Below, piece after piece: positions 9,597 through 19,451 of a DNA stretch of 64,000 bases. The DNA comes from an uncultured delta proteobacterium. GTDB taxonomy: Bacteria > Myxococcota_A > Polyangia > Polyangiales > Polyangiaceae. Both the position numbers and the translations under genes were made by a program. The stretch lies in contig CAWKKR010000004.1 of the NCBI GenBank assembly GCA_963850305.1, positions 416,001-480,000 on the forward strand, in the 5' to 3' direction. Within the stretch, counting starts at the first letter, position 1, and each line of letters opens with the position of its first letter. The notes beneath the pieces are model-generated. The model had not been told where the DNA came from, searched no databases, and saw only the letters and a program-made list of their open reading frames with translations.

Positions 9597-10628
9597 GTGG
9601 CGCCCGTGATCGGATCGGATCGCGGCGAATTCGAGACGATTTCGCTGCGTCTCGTCCAGCCGTTCACGCGGGCACTCGCAGCGGCTGGCATCGACCCTTC
9701 CAGGCTGCTCGCGGGGCTGCCCCTCGACGCGGCGCTGTTCCTGGACCCGGACGGACGGATCTCCCAGGAGCTCGCGATGCGATTGCTGGAGCGCGCCGTC
9801 GAAGCCTCGGGCGACGACGCCATCGGCATCCATGCTGCGGAACTGCTGCGCCCTGGTGACTTCGACGCGCTCGAGTATGTGGCGAGATCGAGTCAGACGC
9901 TGAGGGGCGCGCTCGAAACGGTGGGCCGCTACATCCGCCTCATGCACGAAGCGGCGAGCTGCTCGCTCGCACGCGCCGGGGAGGCGGAGGTGTGGACGCT
10001 GCATCTCCCCGCCGGGCACCCGCGCGTCGCCGCCGAGTACGCGTTCGCGGCGATCATTCTCACGGGAAGGTCCGTCACGGGACGCAACCAGACGCCAAAG
10101 GCGGTGCGCCTCGCCTTCCCGAAGCCCGCCGTGACGGCGGAGCAGGAGCGCCTGTTCCGTTGCCCCATCGAGTGGGACGCCCAGGAGACGTCCCTGGTGT
10201 TCGAATCCACGCAGCTCGACTGGTCGCTCGCGCAAGCGAACCCGGCGCTCTCCGCGACCCTGCACCGACACGCCGAGCAGCTCCTCGCCGACCTCGCCGC
10301 GTCACGCAAGTTCTCGACGCGCGTGCGCGAGCACGTGATCGCGGTGCTACAAGCCGGCGAACCGAGCGCCGACGACGTGGCCGCTCGTCTCAAGGTGAGC
10401 GAGCGTACGCTTCGGCGGCGGCTGAAGGACGAGGGCACCACCTACACCGACCTCCTGTCCGACGTGCGCCGGGAGCTGTCGCTTCGATATCTGCACGAAC
10501 CGAGCGTGTCGGTCGCCGAAATAGCTTTTCTCCTCGGCTTCTCGAACGCGAGCGGCTTTCACCGCGCGTTCCGGCGCTGGACCGGGACGACGCCGTCGGA
10601 ACACCGGAAGCGCGGGGCGAGAAGTTGA
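9597..10628 (+). CDS. AraC family transcriptional regulator (OruR/ArgR-like N-domain)
   Basis: SERTLRRRLKDEG; IAFLLGFSNASGFHRAFRRWTG helix-turn-helix. The true start may be GTG 9606. Confidence 0.93.
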   Translation: MAPVIGSDRGEFETISLRLVQPFTRALAAAGIDPSRLLAGLPLDAALFLDPDGRISQELAMRLLERAVEASGDDAIGIHAAELLRPGDFDALEYVARSSQTLRGALETVGRYIRLMHEAASCSLARAGEAEVWTLHLPAGHPRVAAEYAFAAIILTGRSVTGRNQTPKAVRLAFPKPAVTAEQERLFRCPIEWDAQETSLVFESTQLDWSLAQANPALSATLHRHAEQLLADLAASRKFSTRVREHVIAVLQAGEPSADDVAARLKVSERTLRRRLKDEGTTYTDLLSDVRRELSLRYLHEPSVSVAEIAFLLGFSNASGFHRAFRRWTGTTPSEHRKRGARS

Positions 10629-10652
10629 GCCGGCGCTGGCGGCATTCGCGGT

Positions 10653-11705
10653 ATGCTGCCAGGTGGAATGCGGCGGTGGCTCGCGGTGAGCGCGTGGTGC
10701 GCGGTCGTGTTCTCCTTGCAAAAGAGAGGACGCGCGGACGAAGAGCCGCCTTTCCTCATCGCGCTCGACACCTGCGATGAACTGAACGAGGCGGACGTGC
10801 GACGGATCACCGCTGCCGAGCTCGGGGCGCGCCCGACGACGGAGCCGGGCCTCGACGTGACGGTGGTCAACGTCACGTGCACGGGCGCGCGCGTGACGAT
10901 CCGGGTGCATGACCCTTTGAGCCGAAAAAACGTGCGAAGGTCATTCGACCTCGAGCTCTCGGATCCGCGGGCACGCGACCGGCTCGTGTCCTTGGCGGCG
11001 ACGGAGCTCGTTCTCGCGAGCTGGGCGGAGCTGCAAGCGAGTCCCAAGCTTCGCGTCGAGCCCGAAGGACCGAAACCTCCGCCCGCGACGGTCCACGCTG
11101 CGCAGAGGATCGCGCAAGAACGCGTTCCCTATGTGCCCAAGATCATCACCTGGGCGGACGAGGAGACCCCCGCGGACCGTATGTTCCGCATCGTCGGCCT
11201 GGTCTCGACGCGGTCGTTCTTCGGACATGGCGGCGCGCTCTGGGGCGGCGGCGTTCGGGTCGGGGAAGAACGGTTTCGCTTCGTCGGCTGGTCCGCTGAC
11301 CTCCTGGTCGAGCGTGGAACTCTATCCGGTCCCGATGGCCCCTACGACGTGTTCACCACGACCCTGGGAGGCGGGTTGTTCGCGGCGCTGCAAACTCGTT
11401 TCGTGACAGCGCGTCTCGGTGCGGGCCTGCGGCTGGGCACGGCGAGTGCGACGCTCCGCGGCGATCCGAGCGCGGGCTCCGCGCTCGTGCCCTGGGGCTG
11501 GCCGCTCGGGGGTGCTCAGCTTTCATTCCGCCTGGCATCCTCGTTGGTCCTCGATCTGGCGGGCGAGGGCGGCTACGCTGTGTTGCCGCTCGGCGACAAC
11601 GCGGAGCACAGTCTCTCGGGCGGATGGTATTCGCTGCAGGCGGGCCTCGGGTTCGTGCCTTTCCCACCGGCGTCGGCGTCCTCGGCGGACGCGCCGGAAG
11701 ATTAG
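10653..11705 (+). CDS. secreted protein with putative C-terminal beta-barrel, upstream of ECF sigma
   Basis: Signal peptide, N-domain with two Cys, Pro linker, then amphipathic Gly/aromatic beta-strands. Confidence 0.6.
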   Translation: MLPGGMRRWLAVSAWCAVVFSLQKRGRADEEPPFLIALDTCDELNEADVRRITAAELGARPTTEPGLDVTVVNVTCTGARVTIRVHDPLSRKNVRRSFDLELSDPRARDRLVSLAATELVLASWAELQASPKLRVEPEGPKPPPATVHAAQRIAQERVPYVPKIITWADEETPADRMFRIVGLVSTRSFFGHGGALWGGGVRVGEERFRFVGWSADLLVERGTLSGPDGPYDVFTTTLGGGLFAALQTRFVTARLGAGLRLGTASATLRGDPSAGSALVPWGWPLGGAQLSFRLASSLVLDLAGEGGYAVLPLGDNAEHSLSGGWYSLQAGLGFVPFPPASASSADAPED

Positions 11706-11753
11706 GCGCCCGGCGAGACAAAAGACGCCGTCTTCGGCGCAGAAGAACGACGA

Positions 11754-12347
11754 ATGAGCCGTTTCCGGAACCCGCGTCCACTGAGAGACGGACCCATGCC
11801 CGGCGACCCTCCGGCCCTCCACGTCGTCGCGTCGCTGGACGCTTCGGCGGGCGATTCCGCGATGGACCTGGACGCCCTGTTTCGCCGGTACGCGTCGTAT
11901 GTCGCCGCCGTCGCACACCGTCTCCTCGGCCGCGACGACGACGTGGACGACACGGTTCAAGACGTGTTCGTCGCCGCCGTGCGCGGACTGCACAACATCC
12001 GGGACCCGAACGCCGTGAAGGCGTGGCTCGCGCGCATTGCGGTTCGCTCGGCCCGGCGACGGCTCCAGAAGCGCCGCGTGCGCTCGTTTCTCGGGCTCGA
12101 CGAGCCGTCGGTGTACGCCGAGGTCACGGACCGCTCGGCGAATCCGGAGCAGAAGGCGCTGCTGAGCCGCGTCTACCGGGTGCTCGAGGGCATCCCGGTG
12201 AACGAACGCATCGCCTGGACGCTTCGCTTCGTGGAAGGGGAACCGCTCGAAAACGTGGCGCAGCTCTCCGGGTGCTCCCTCGCGACGGCCAAGCGCCGCA
12301 TTGCGTCCGCGTCGAGGACGATCGAAGGGGCGTTTGCCGATGTCTGA
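11754..12347 (+). CDS. ECF (sigma-70 family) RNA polymerase sigma factor
   Basis: DDTVQDVF, KAWLARIAVR, region 4 EGEPLENVAQLSGCSLATAKRRI. Start may be ATG 11796. Confidence 0.93.
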   Translation: MSRFRNPRPLRDGPMPGDPPALHVVASLDASAGDSAMDLDALFRRYASYVAAVAHRLLGRDDDVDDTVQDVFVAAVRGLHNIRDPNAVKAWLARIAVRSARRRLQKRRVRSFLGLDEPSVYAEVTDRSANPEQKALLSRVYRVLEGIPVNERIAWTLRFVEGEPLENVAQLSGCSLATAKRRIASASRTIEGAFADV

Positions 12348-13497
12348 GCTCGCCAAGCGTGTCGAGGAAGCGCGCGGGCACGTCGTGCCCGAATGGACGC
12401 CCGCGCGTGAGCGAGAAGTGCGCGACCGCGCGGAACGCGAGCTCGGACGCGCATGGCGAAGACGCGCGACCGGCGTCGCGCTCGCGGCGCTGGTCGCGTG
12501 CGCCGTCGGCCTCCTGCTCGTCTGGAATCACGCCGTGCGTCGGGCGCCGCAAGCGCCGCCGGTCGCGGTGGTCGCGCCCGCGTCGCCGGACCTCCTGCAC
12601 ATGGAAGACGGCACCGTCGTCACCGCGACGACGAGCGGCGCGCAGGTGGAACCCATTGAAGTCGCTCCACACTCGGTCGCGGTCCGGCTCGCGTCGGGCG
12701 GCGCGCGTTTCTCGGTGACGCCGAATCCGGAGCGGACCTTCCGCGTCGTGGCAAAGAACGTGACCGTGACGGTGCTGGGCACGGTGTTCACGGTCGACCT
12801 CGAAGCGGGAGGGGTGCGCGTCGGTGTGGAGCGAGGCAAGGTGCACGTCGCGTGGCCGTCCGGGGATCGCGTGCTCGCGGTCGGGGAACGCATGCTCGTG
12901 CGCGACGAGCCCGAACCTGCCCTGTCGAGCCCCATACCTGCGGACGCGACGCCGCCCCCGGACGCCGCCGCCACGCCCATGGCGCGCACGGGGCGCAACG
13001 CCGTCCATTCGCCGTCGGAACCGTCGTGGCGCGCGCTCGCGGATGAGGGCGCCTACGCGCGCGCATTCGCCCGGATGGACGCCGAGGGACCGAGTGCCGT
13101 CCATGACGAACCCGGCGATCTGCTCCTCGCCGCGGACGTCGCGCGCCTCGGCGGTCATCCCGAGAAGGCAGTGCCGCCCCTCGAGCGCGTGGTCAGCGCC
13201 CACGCTGACGATTCACGGGCGCCGCTCGCCGCGTTCACGCTCGGTCGGACGCTCCTCGATCAACTGGGACGACCGCGCGAAGCCGCCCAGGCCTTCGCCA
13301 CCGCGCGCCGCCTCGCGCCCCGCGGTGCGCTCGCCCAGGACGCGCTCGCACGCGAGGTCGAGGGCTGGTCTCGCGCCGGAGAGGCGTCCGTCGCGCACGA
13401 CCGCGCCGCGGAGTACGTGAAAGATTATCCGAATGGACGGCGGATAGCGGCAGTGAAGCAGCTCGGGTCGATCGACGAACCGCCCAGCGCGCCGTGA
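12340..13497 (+). CDS. FecR-domain anti-sigma factor with C-terminal TPR
   Basis: TM helix, FecR motif VTVLGTVFTV...VGVERGKVHV, TPR ending AAEYVKDYPNGR; overlaps the sigma stop. Confidence 0.85.
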   Translation: MSELAKRVEEARGHVVPEWTPAREREVRDRAERELGRAWRRRATGVALAALVACAVGLLLVWNHAVRRAPQAPPVAVVAPASPDLLHMEDGTVVTATTSGAQVEPIEVAPHSVAVRLASGGARFSVTPNPERTFRVVAKNVTVTVLGTVFTVDLEAGGVRVGVERGKVHVAWPSGDRVLAVGERMLVRDEPEPALSSPIPADATPPPDAAATPMARTGRNAVHSPSEPSWRALADEGAYARAFARMDAEGPSAVHDEPGDLLLAADVARLGGHPEKAVPPLERVVSAHADDSRAPLAAFTLGRTLLDQLGRPREAAQAFATARRLAPRGALAQDALAREVEGWSRAGEASVAHDRAAEYVKDYPNGRRIAAVKQLGSIDEPPSAP

Positions 13498-13510
13498 TCA
13501 CCGACCCCGA

Positions 13511-13616
13511 TTGGTCCAGCCGATTCACGGCCCGCTCGCGGTGCGAGCCCGCCGAAGGCGGCGGGGGGAGCGGTTGCGAAGCAAGCCGCGGGGGGCAAAG
13601 GCCCCCCGGAACCCAA
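13511..13616. repeat. REP-like multi-hairpin repeat, copy 2
   Basis: Near-identical to 8791-8897; lies between convergent genes. Confidence 0.9.
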
Positions 13617-13626
13617 TCCCACGCTC

Positions 13627-15309
13627 CTACTCCTCGGTTCCCCCCGGCACGAACGGGTACTCGATGCGCAGCGCGGCCCCGACGGTCCGCGCGTGAAACG
13701 ATTCCCCCGGACGTCGTCGCTCGAGAAACCATACCGCGCGCCCGCGCCGGGCATCCACGATGCGACCACTGACGAAGCCGTGGACGATGTCCATGTACCG
13801 GCCGATGGCGTCCGTCTGCCACACCGCGCGAACGACGTCCGCGTGATTCCTGAACGCGTTCGGCCGGCGCACGAGCGGTTGCATGGTGTGGAAGTATTCC
13901 GGATGAAGCTCCGGGTAGCACGCGGGGCAGGTCTTTCCGTAAATCGGATTCACTCCGGCGGTCGAGCCGCGCAGCGCGATCATGGCGTTGCAGAGGCCCC
14001 ACATCTCGATGGGCGCGGCCTCCGTGTAATAGGCCATGACGCCGCCGTAATCCGTGACGAGACGGCCGTGCGGTGGCACCACGAGCGAAAGGTAACTCGC
14101 GGCTTCCTTCAGACTGGCGACGTGCCGGGTCTGGTCGGCCGCGAGCGCGAGCTTCCCTCGCACATAGGGGTCGTCCGAGAGGTGGGGCTCGGCTTTTTCG
14201 ACCAGGAACGCGAACGTCGCGACGCCGGCCGCGCTCACGGCGAGGCGAACTGGAAGCGCTCGCTCGGCGACGACTGACCGAAGCTCGACGAGGGCCCACG
14301 CGATCAGGGCAATCAGCAGCGGCACCGCGGGCAACACGAAGCGTCCGGATGGCATCCAATCCCCGCCGACGCGCGCCGCGTACGCGAGCTGCACCAACGC
14401 GAAAGTGCCCGCGATGGCGGCCGGGCGATGACGGCGCCAGAGCAAGAACGCATACGCGGGCAACGCGAGGTAAAGGCCGGCGCTCGCGACTTCATCCATC
14501 ACGTACTCGGCGCCGTGGCGCGGCAAGAGCTCGGGAATGAGCGCCTTCGCGTAATACGTCGCGGGAAGCGGCAAGCCGTAATAGGCCCATTGCCAGACGA
14601 ACCACGCAACCCAGGGCACGACGCCGGGCAGGGCCCACTTCACGTACGCACGCACGTCGAGCCGCCGCTCGGTCCATGCCGCGACCTTTTCGACGACGAG
14701 CACGTACCCGAGCGGGATGAAGCCGTCGACTCGAGTGAGGGCCGCGGCGCCGAGAACGACGACGCTCCACCGCTTCGCGCGCGGGCTGTCGAGCCCGCGC
14801 ACGTAGAGCAAGAACCCCGTCGTGGTGAGCGCCACGTACGGGATCGTCTCGAGCCCGGATTCGAACGCCAGCACCACGTTCGTGCTGACCGCGAGCACGA
14901 GCGCCGCACCGATCGCGATGACCGCGTTCGCGCGCGTTTTCACGAGCCCATACGTCGACGCGAACAGCACCACGACGAACGGCACCGTGGCGATCCGCGC
15001 GAGCACGAGTGGATCGGTCGCCTTCGCGAACACGAGTTCCACCGCGACGACGACCATCCAGAGAAAGTTCGAATACCCCTCGACGCGAACGCCGTTGCCG
15101 TAGATCGGTCCCAGGCCACGCGCGAGGTTCTTCGAGAAGGAGAAGGTGATGTACGCGTCGTCGACCGCGAACGGCGGCGCGCCCCACACTTCCCATACGA
15201 ACACGCCGCACACCGCCACGAAGAGCGCGAACGAGAGCCACGCGGCACGGCCCTTCGGAAGGGTTCTCAGGATGACACCGGGCATTTCGAGGCCGACGGA
15301 GAATCGCAC
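13627..15309 (-). CDS. GT-C-like polytopic glycosyltransferase (AftB/arabinofuranosyltransferase-like)
   Basis: DDAYITFSFSKNLARGLG...VEGYSNFLW, GLET, TRVDG, YYGLPLPATYYAK, GGDWMPSGRF. Start may be ATG 15285. Confidence 0.8.
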   Translation of the reverse strand: MRFSVGLEMPGVILRTLPKGRAAWLSFALFVAVCGVFVWEVWGAPPFAVDDAYITFSFSKNLARGLGPIYGNGVRVEGYSNFLWMVVVAVELVFAKATDPLVLARIATVPFVVVLFASTYGLVKTRANAVIAIGAALVLAVSTNVVLAFESGLETIPYVALTTTGFLLYVRGLDSPRAKRWSVVVLGAAALTRVDGFIPLGYVLVVEKVAAWTERRLDVRAYVKWALPGVVPWVAWFVWQWAYYGLPLPATYYAKALIPELLPRHGAEYVMDEVASAGLYLALPAYAFLLWRRHRPAAIAGTFALVQLAYAARVGGDWMPSGRFVLPAVPLLIALIAWALVELRSVVAERALPVRLAVSAAGVATFAFLVEKAEPHLSDDPYVRGKLALAADQTRHVASLKEAASYLSLVVPPHGRLVTDYGGVMAYYTEAAPIEMWGLCNAMIALRGSTAGVNPIYGKTCPACYPELHPEYFHTMQPLVRRPNAFRNHADVVRAVWQTDAIGRYMDIVHGFVSGRIVDARRGRAVWFLERRRPGESFHARTVGAALRIEYPFVPGGTEE

Positions 15310-15403
15310 AGTCCAGCCGGCTCGGGTTCGCGTTCCCTCTGGAAGTCCCCGTTTCGAGTACCAGGGCGCCGATTCACCCGGGTGAGCCCGCGCCGCACCG
15401 CGC

Positions 15404-16915
15404 TCAATAAACCGAACCGAAGCGCGGTCGTGAGCTCGAATCGCCGCGTGATCGTGGCCACGTGTAGAGCACCCACTTCTCGGTGCCTCTGGTGCGCAAG
15501 GTCGTCTGCACTGGGGTTCCCAGAACCTTGTTCGGGATCAACACGCCGAAGAGTTCGTAGCCGGCGACCAACCGGGGAAGCCACGCGGAGTCATGATAAA
15601 TGACGGCGCTGGGGCGATACCGAAGGAACGTCGGCTGGGTGTATCGGAGCGCTTTGCTGCGGGCGCCCTCGAACAGCAGCGCTTCGCCTGCAGGGACGAA
15701 CTGCACGATCGACGACGGCTCTCTCCGTCCGAGATCTCGAAGCCCCGCCGAGACGACGGCGACGTCTTCGTCCGTCGCGTAAACGGCGAGATGACCCGTC
15801 CGCGCCACGGTGGCGCGGTCCACGGAGCGACTCAGATAACCGTCGCGATCCACGAACCCGAGCACACCGAGCGCAAACGCAAGCCCGGAGACGGCGAGAG
15901 CGGCGGCGCGACGGCGCGGGCCCCACCCCTCCACCGTCGCCGACACCACCTCGATGACGACGAACGCGGTCACGAGAATCGCGAAGGCGGTATACGACTC
16001 GTAAAGCCAGCCCACGGTGGCTGCGGTCTGGACGAAGAGACTCGCGGCCAGCGCTCCCAGCGCGAAAACACGAGCTCCGACCCGGCGAGCGGCGAAGAGC
16101 GCCACCAGGAGAGCCAGCGCTGGAACGTACACGACGGCGTGCGACGCGCGAGCGAGAGGTCCGCCGTCGAGCGCGGACATCCCACGTTTGGCCCGGAGCT
16201 GATTGCCCATGTCGATGCGGAACGCGGCGAAGTGCGTGCCCGCATACCCCGCGTAGGCGGCCCACGCCGCGACCGCCGCGCACAGAACGAGGACGTCCAC
16301 CCCGTTCATCGGACGTCGCTCGCGACGCGCAGCGACGCCGTAGACGACGCCCGCGAGCAGCAGGAAGAGCCCGTTGGGGTGAACGAGCGGCGCAAGCGCC
16401 AGAAGGCCGAGCCCGGCGACGCGACCGCGAGTCAGAAGGAAGAAGCCGGCAGCTCCGAGGAGCAATACGAGGCTCTCCATCCGCGCAACGTTCCCGACGA
16501 GGAGAAAGACTGGACAGAAGGTGAATGCCGCGATGACGCAGGAATGCGCGAGCCGGGCCCGCGACCGTGCGACGCACCCGAAGGCGAACGCGAACGCGCC
16601 GCTCATGCACAGGGCCGAGACGCAACGCGCACGGGAGAGGGAGAACGCCATCACCTTGAGGAGCAGTCCGTGAAGCAGCATGAACCCCGGCGGCATCCAG
16701 AACAGATCCCGATGCGGATTCATCTCGGGAGCGAACAACGACCACGTGTCGCGAAACGCGAGCGCGGGCCAGAGAAACGAGCTCTCGTCGGACCAGGGCA
16801 CGGGATAGCCGAGCCCGAGGCGTCGCGTTCGAATGAAGTACACGACGATCGCGAGAGCCACTCCGCCGAAAGCGACGGCAGTTGCCCGTCTGCCGTGCCG
16901 TGACGCCTGCGCCAT
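15404..16915 (-). CDS. GT-C (ArnT/PMT-like) polytopic membrane glycosyltransferase
   Basis: PWSDES acidic motif after TM1, WMPPG, ARME, VHPNG, many TM helices. Confidence 0.65.
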   Translation of the reverse strand: MAQASRHGRRATAVAFGGVALAIVVYFIRTRRLGLGYPVPWSDESSFLWPALAFRDTWSLFAPEMNPHRDLFWMPPGFMLLHGLLLKVMAFSLSRARCVSALCMSGAFAFAFGCVARSRARLAHSCVIAAFTFCPVFLLVGNVARMESLVLLLGAAGFFLLTRGRVAGLGLLALAPLVHPNGLFLLLAGVVYGVAARRERRPMNGVDVLVLCAAVAAWAAYAGYAGTHFAAFRIDMGNQLRAKRGMSALDGGPLARASHAVVYVPALALLVALFAARRVGARVFALGALAASLFVQTAATVGWLYESYTAFAILVTAFVVIEVVSATVEGWGPRRRAAALAVSGLAFALGVLGFVDRDGYLSRSVDRATVARTGHLAVYATDEDVAVVSAGLRDLGRREPSSIVQFVPAGEALLFEGARSKALRYTQPTFLRYRPSAVIYHDSAWLPRLVAGYELFGVLIPNKVLGTPVQTTLRTRGTEKWVLYTWPRSRGDSSSRPRFGSVY

Positions 16916-16928
16916 ACCGGGATCGGTC

Positions 16929-16940
16929 GTGTATCACACG
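16929..16940. promoter_or_regulatory. GTGT-ATC-ACAC palindromic motif in a divergent intergenic region
   Basis: The same 12-mer GTGTATCACACG occurs at 27240-27251. Confidence 0.45.
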
Positions 16941-17018
16941 GGCGTCTCTACGAGAAATGTCCGTCGGATGCGAAATGCGCGTTTCCGGGTGGGACTCTGG
17001 TCTAGAAAGCGTCTCTCG

Positions 17019-19451
17019 ATGCCCGGTGAACCGCGCCCCAAAATCTACGCGGGGTTGTTCTTCGTCACGCTCGCGACGTTGATGCACGAGATCCTGCTCA
17101 CGCGGATCTTCAGCGTGACCATGTGGTACCACTTCGCGTTCATGGCGATTTCGATCGCCATGTTCGGGATGACCGTCGGGGCCATCGTCGTGTTCCTGAC
17201 GAAGCCCCCGGAACGGGAGGCGCTGGAAGCGCGCCTCGCCTCGACGGCTCTCGCCTACGCGGTGTCGATCGTCGTCGGGTTCCTCGTCTACCTGCGGATC
17301 CCGTTCATCGGCAACGCGACGCCGAAGAGCATCCTCTTTCTCACGCTCAGCTACGTGGTCATCGCCATTCCGTTCGTGTGGAGCGGCGTGACGGTCGCGC
17401 TCGTGCTCTCGACGTTCCAGAAGCGTGTGAGCTCGCTCTACGCGACCGACCTGCTCGGCGCGGCGCTCGGGTGCGTGTGTCTCGTCGTCGCCCTCGAGAT
17501 GACGGACGCGGCGAGCGTGGTGCTGATCGTCGGCGCGCTGGCGGCCGTTGGCGCGGCCTGCTTCGCCCTGGGCAACCCTTCGGCGCGGCTGTGGACCGCA
17601 GTGTCGCTCGTGAGCGTTCTTGCCGTGGCCGCCGTCGCGAACACGATTTTGACGCGTGAAAATCGTTCTCTCATTCCGATCAGGGACACCGCGTCGAACT
17701 CGAACGACGCCTACCGATGGGTCCGCTGGAACTCGCACTCGCGTGTAACGGTCTCCGGAAATCCCCTCCGGACGTCGCTCGCCGCGGGCTGGGGACTCAG
17801 CTGGAAGACCGGGGCCACGGACGTCCGTGTGCGCCAGCTGGGGATGAACATCGACACCTGGGCGGGCACGATCATCACGGAGTTCAGAGGAGACACGGCT
17901 CCGCTCTGGTACCTGCGCGACGACGTGACGAACATCGCGCACTACCTGCGGCCCAATTCCAACGTGTTCGTGGTCGGCGTGGGCGGCGGCAGGGACGTGC
18001 TCGCGGGGCTGGTGTTCGACCAGAAATCGGTCACGGGAGTGGAAGTGAACCGGGACGTGCTCCGTGCGACGACGGACGTATTCGGCGACTTCGCGGGACA
18101 CCTGGATCGAAACCCTAAGGTCACGTTGGTCGTCGACGAGGCACGGAGCTATCTCACGCGGCTGGATCGTCACTTCGACATCATCCAGCTGTCGCTCATC
18201 GATACCTGGGCGGCGACGGCCGCGGGCGCGTTCGTGCTGACAGAGAACTCGCTCTACACGGTCGAAGCATGGAAGACGTTCCTTTCGCACCTCACGCCGC
18301 GCGGCATTCTGACGGTGAGCCGCTGGTATTACCCAAACCGCCCGGCCGAGGCGATCCGCATCACCGCGCTCGCGCGCGCCGGACTCGAGGCGATCGGAGT
18401 GAAGGATCCCGCTTCGCACGTGGCCCTCGTGCTCGCGCCCAAGGCGCAAGGCGTACCGGGCGCGCTCGGGAACGGCATCGCGACGATCCTCGTGAGCCCG
18501 ACGGCCTTCAGCGCCGCCGATCTCGCGACGCTGGACGCACAGACGGCACGCCTGGGATTCGAATACATCGCCCGCCCCGGAGTGAAGGAACCCGGGCCCT
18601 ACGGCTCGATCCTCGGGAGCGCTGACCCGTCGGCGTTTTATCGCTCGTTCTCGCTCGACGTCTCACCGCCGACCGACGACCGTCCCTTTTTCTTCCAGAT
18701 GCTCCGGCTCCGCGACGTGATGAAGTCCCTTTCCGTGAGCTGGCTCGATCCGAATCGCTCGAACCTCGAGGCCATCCGGGTCCTCGTCGTGCTGCTCGGA
18801 ATCGTCACCGTGCTCACGGTGCTGTGCATCGGGATGCCGCTCGCGCTCCGGGCCCGGACGGGGTTGCCGCCAGGGTCCATGTCGCTCCTTTCGTTCTTCG
18901 TCGCGATTGGATTGGGTTTCATGTTCGTCGAAGTGTCGGAGATGCAGCGACTGATGGTGCTCCTCGGGAAACCGACGTACGCGCTGTCGGTGGTGTTGTT
19001 CACGCTCCTCGTCGGAAGCGGGCTCGGGAGCTTCGCGAGCGCGCGCATCTCGACGGAGCACGGACCGAAGAACGGTCTTCTGGCGCTGATCATTCTCCTG
19101 GGCGTGCTCGCGGTCGCTGGCCTCGCGACACCGTTCGTGGTGCGCGCGCTCGCCGGCTCGCCGACGTCCGTCCGCATCGCCGCGGCGGGGAGCACTCTGC
19201 TCCCACTCGGTTTTTTCATGGGGATGCCGTTTCCGCTCGGACTCCGCGCCGCCAAGAGGAGCCCGTTGCTCGTACCGTGGCTCTGGGGCGTGAACGGGGC
19301 AGCGTCGGTCCTCTGCTCGGTGCTGGCGATCGTCGTCGCGCTCGGCGCGGGGATCGCCGCATCGTTCTGGATGGGCGTGGCGTGTTACGGCGCAGCGCTC
19401 CTCGCGTATCTTTCGACCACGAAAGGGGCGGAGCCGACCGGCGCTCACTGA
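17019..19451 (+). CDS. polytopic membrane protein with central spermidine-synthase-like SAM-binding domain
   Basis: EILLTRIFS, LYATDLLGAALG, VGVGGGRD, GVEVN, DEARSYL, TDDRPFFF, FFMGMPFPLG, WLWGVNG. Confidence 0.85.
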   Translation: MPGEPRPKIYAGLFFVTLATLMHEILLTRIFSVTMWYHFAFMAISIAMFGMTVGAIVVFLTKPPEREALEARLASTALAYAVSIVVGFLVYLRIPFIGNATPKSILFLTLSYVVIAIPFVWSGVTVALVLSTFQKRVSSLYATDLLGAALGCVCLVVALEMTDAASVVLIVGALAAVGAACFALGNPSARLWTAVSLVSVLAVAAVANTILTRENRSLIPIRDTASNSNDAYRWVRWNSHSRVTVSGNPLRTSLAAGWGLSWKTGATDVRVRQLGMNIDTWAGTIITEFRGDTAPLWYLRDDVTNIAHYLRPNSNVFVVGVGGGRDVLAGLVFDQKSVTGVEVNRDVLRATTDVFGDFAGHLDRNPKVTLVVDEARSYLTRLDRHFDIIQLSLIDTWAATAAGAFVLTENSLYTVEAWKTFLSHLTPRGILTVSRWYYPNRPAEAIRITALARAGLEAIGVKDPASHVALVLAPKAQGVPGALGNGIATILVSPTAFSAADLATLDAQTARLGFEYIARPGVKEPGPYGSILGSADPSAFYRSFSLDVSPPTDDRPFFFQMLRLRDVMKSLSVSWLDPNRSNLEAIRVLVVLLGIVTVLTVLCIGMPLALRARTGLPPGSMSLLSFFVAIGLGFMFVEVSEMQRLMVLLGKPTYALSVVLFTLLVGSGLGSFASARISTEHGPKNGLLALIILLGVLAVAGLATPFVVRALAGSPTSVRIAAAGSTLLPLGFFMGMPFPLGLRAAKRSPLLVPWLWGVNGAASVLCSVLAIVVALGAGIAASFWMGVACYGAALLAYLSTTKGAEPTGAH

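Noticed and set aside
15591..18449. 952-aa minus-strand ORF and similar long Arg-rich ORFs (e.g. 39815-42199, 51779-53869)
   Set aside because: Shadow frames of real genes in GC-rich DNA, with no recognisable motifs.
17019..19451. speE (true spermidine synthase) assignment
   Set aside because: The GGGDG and catalytic Asp motifs are absent.
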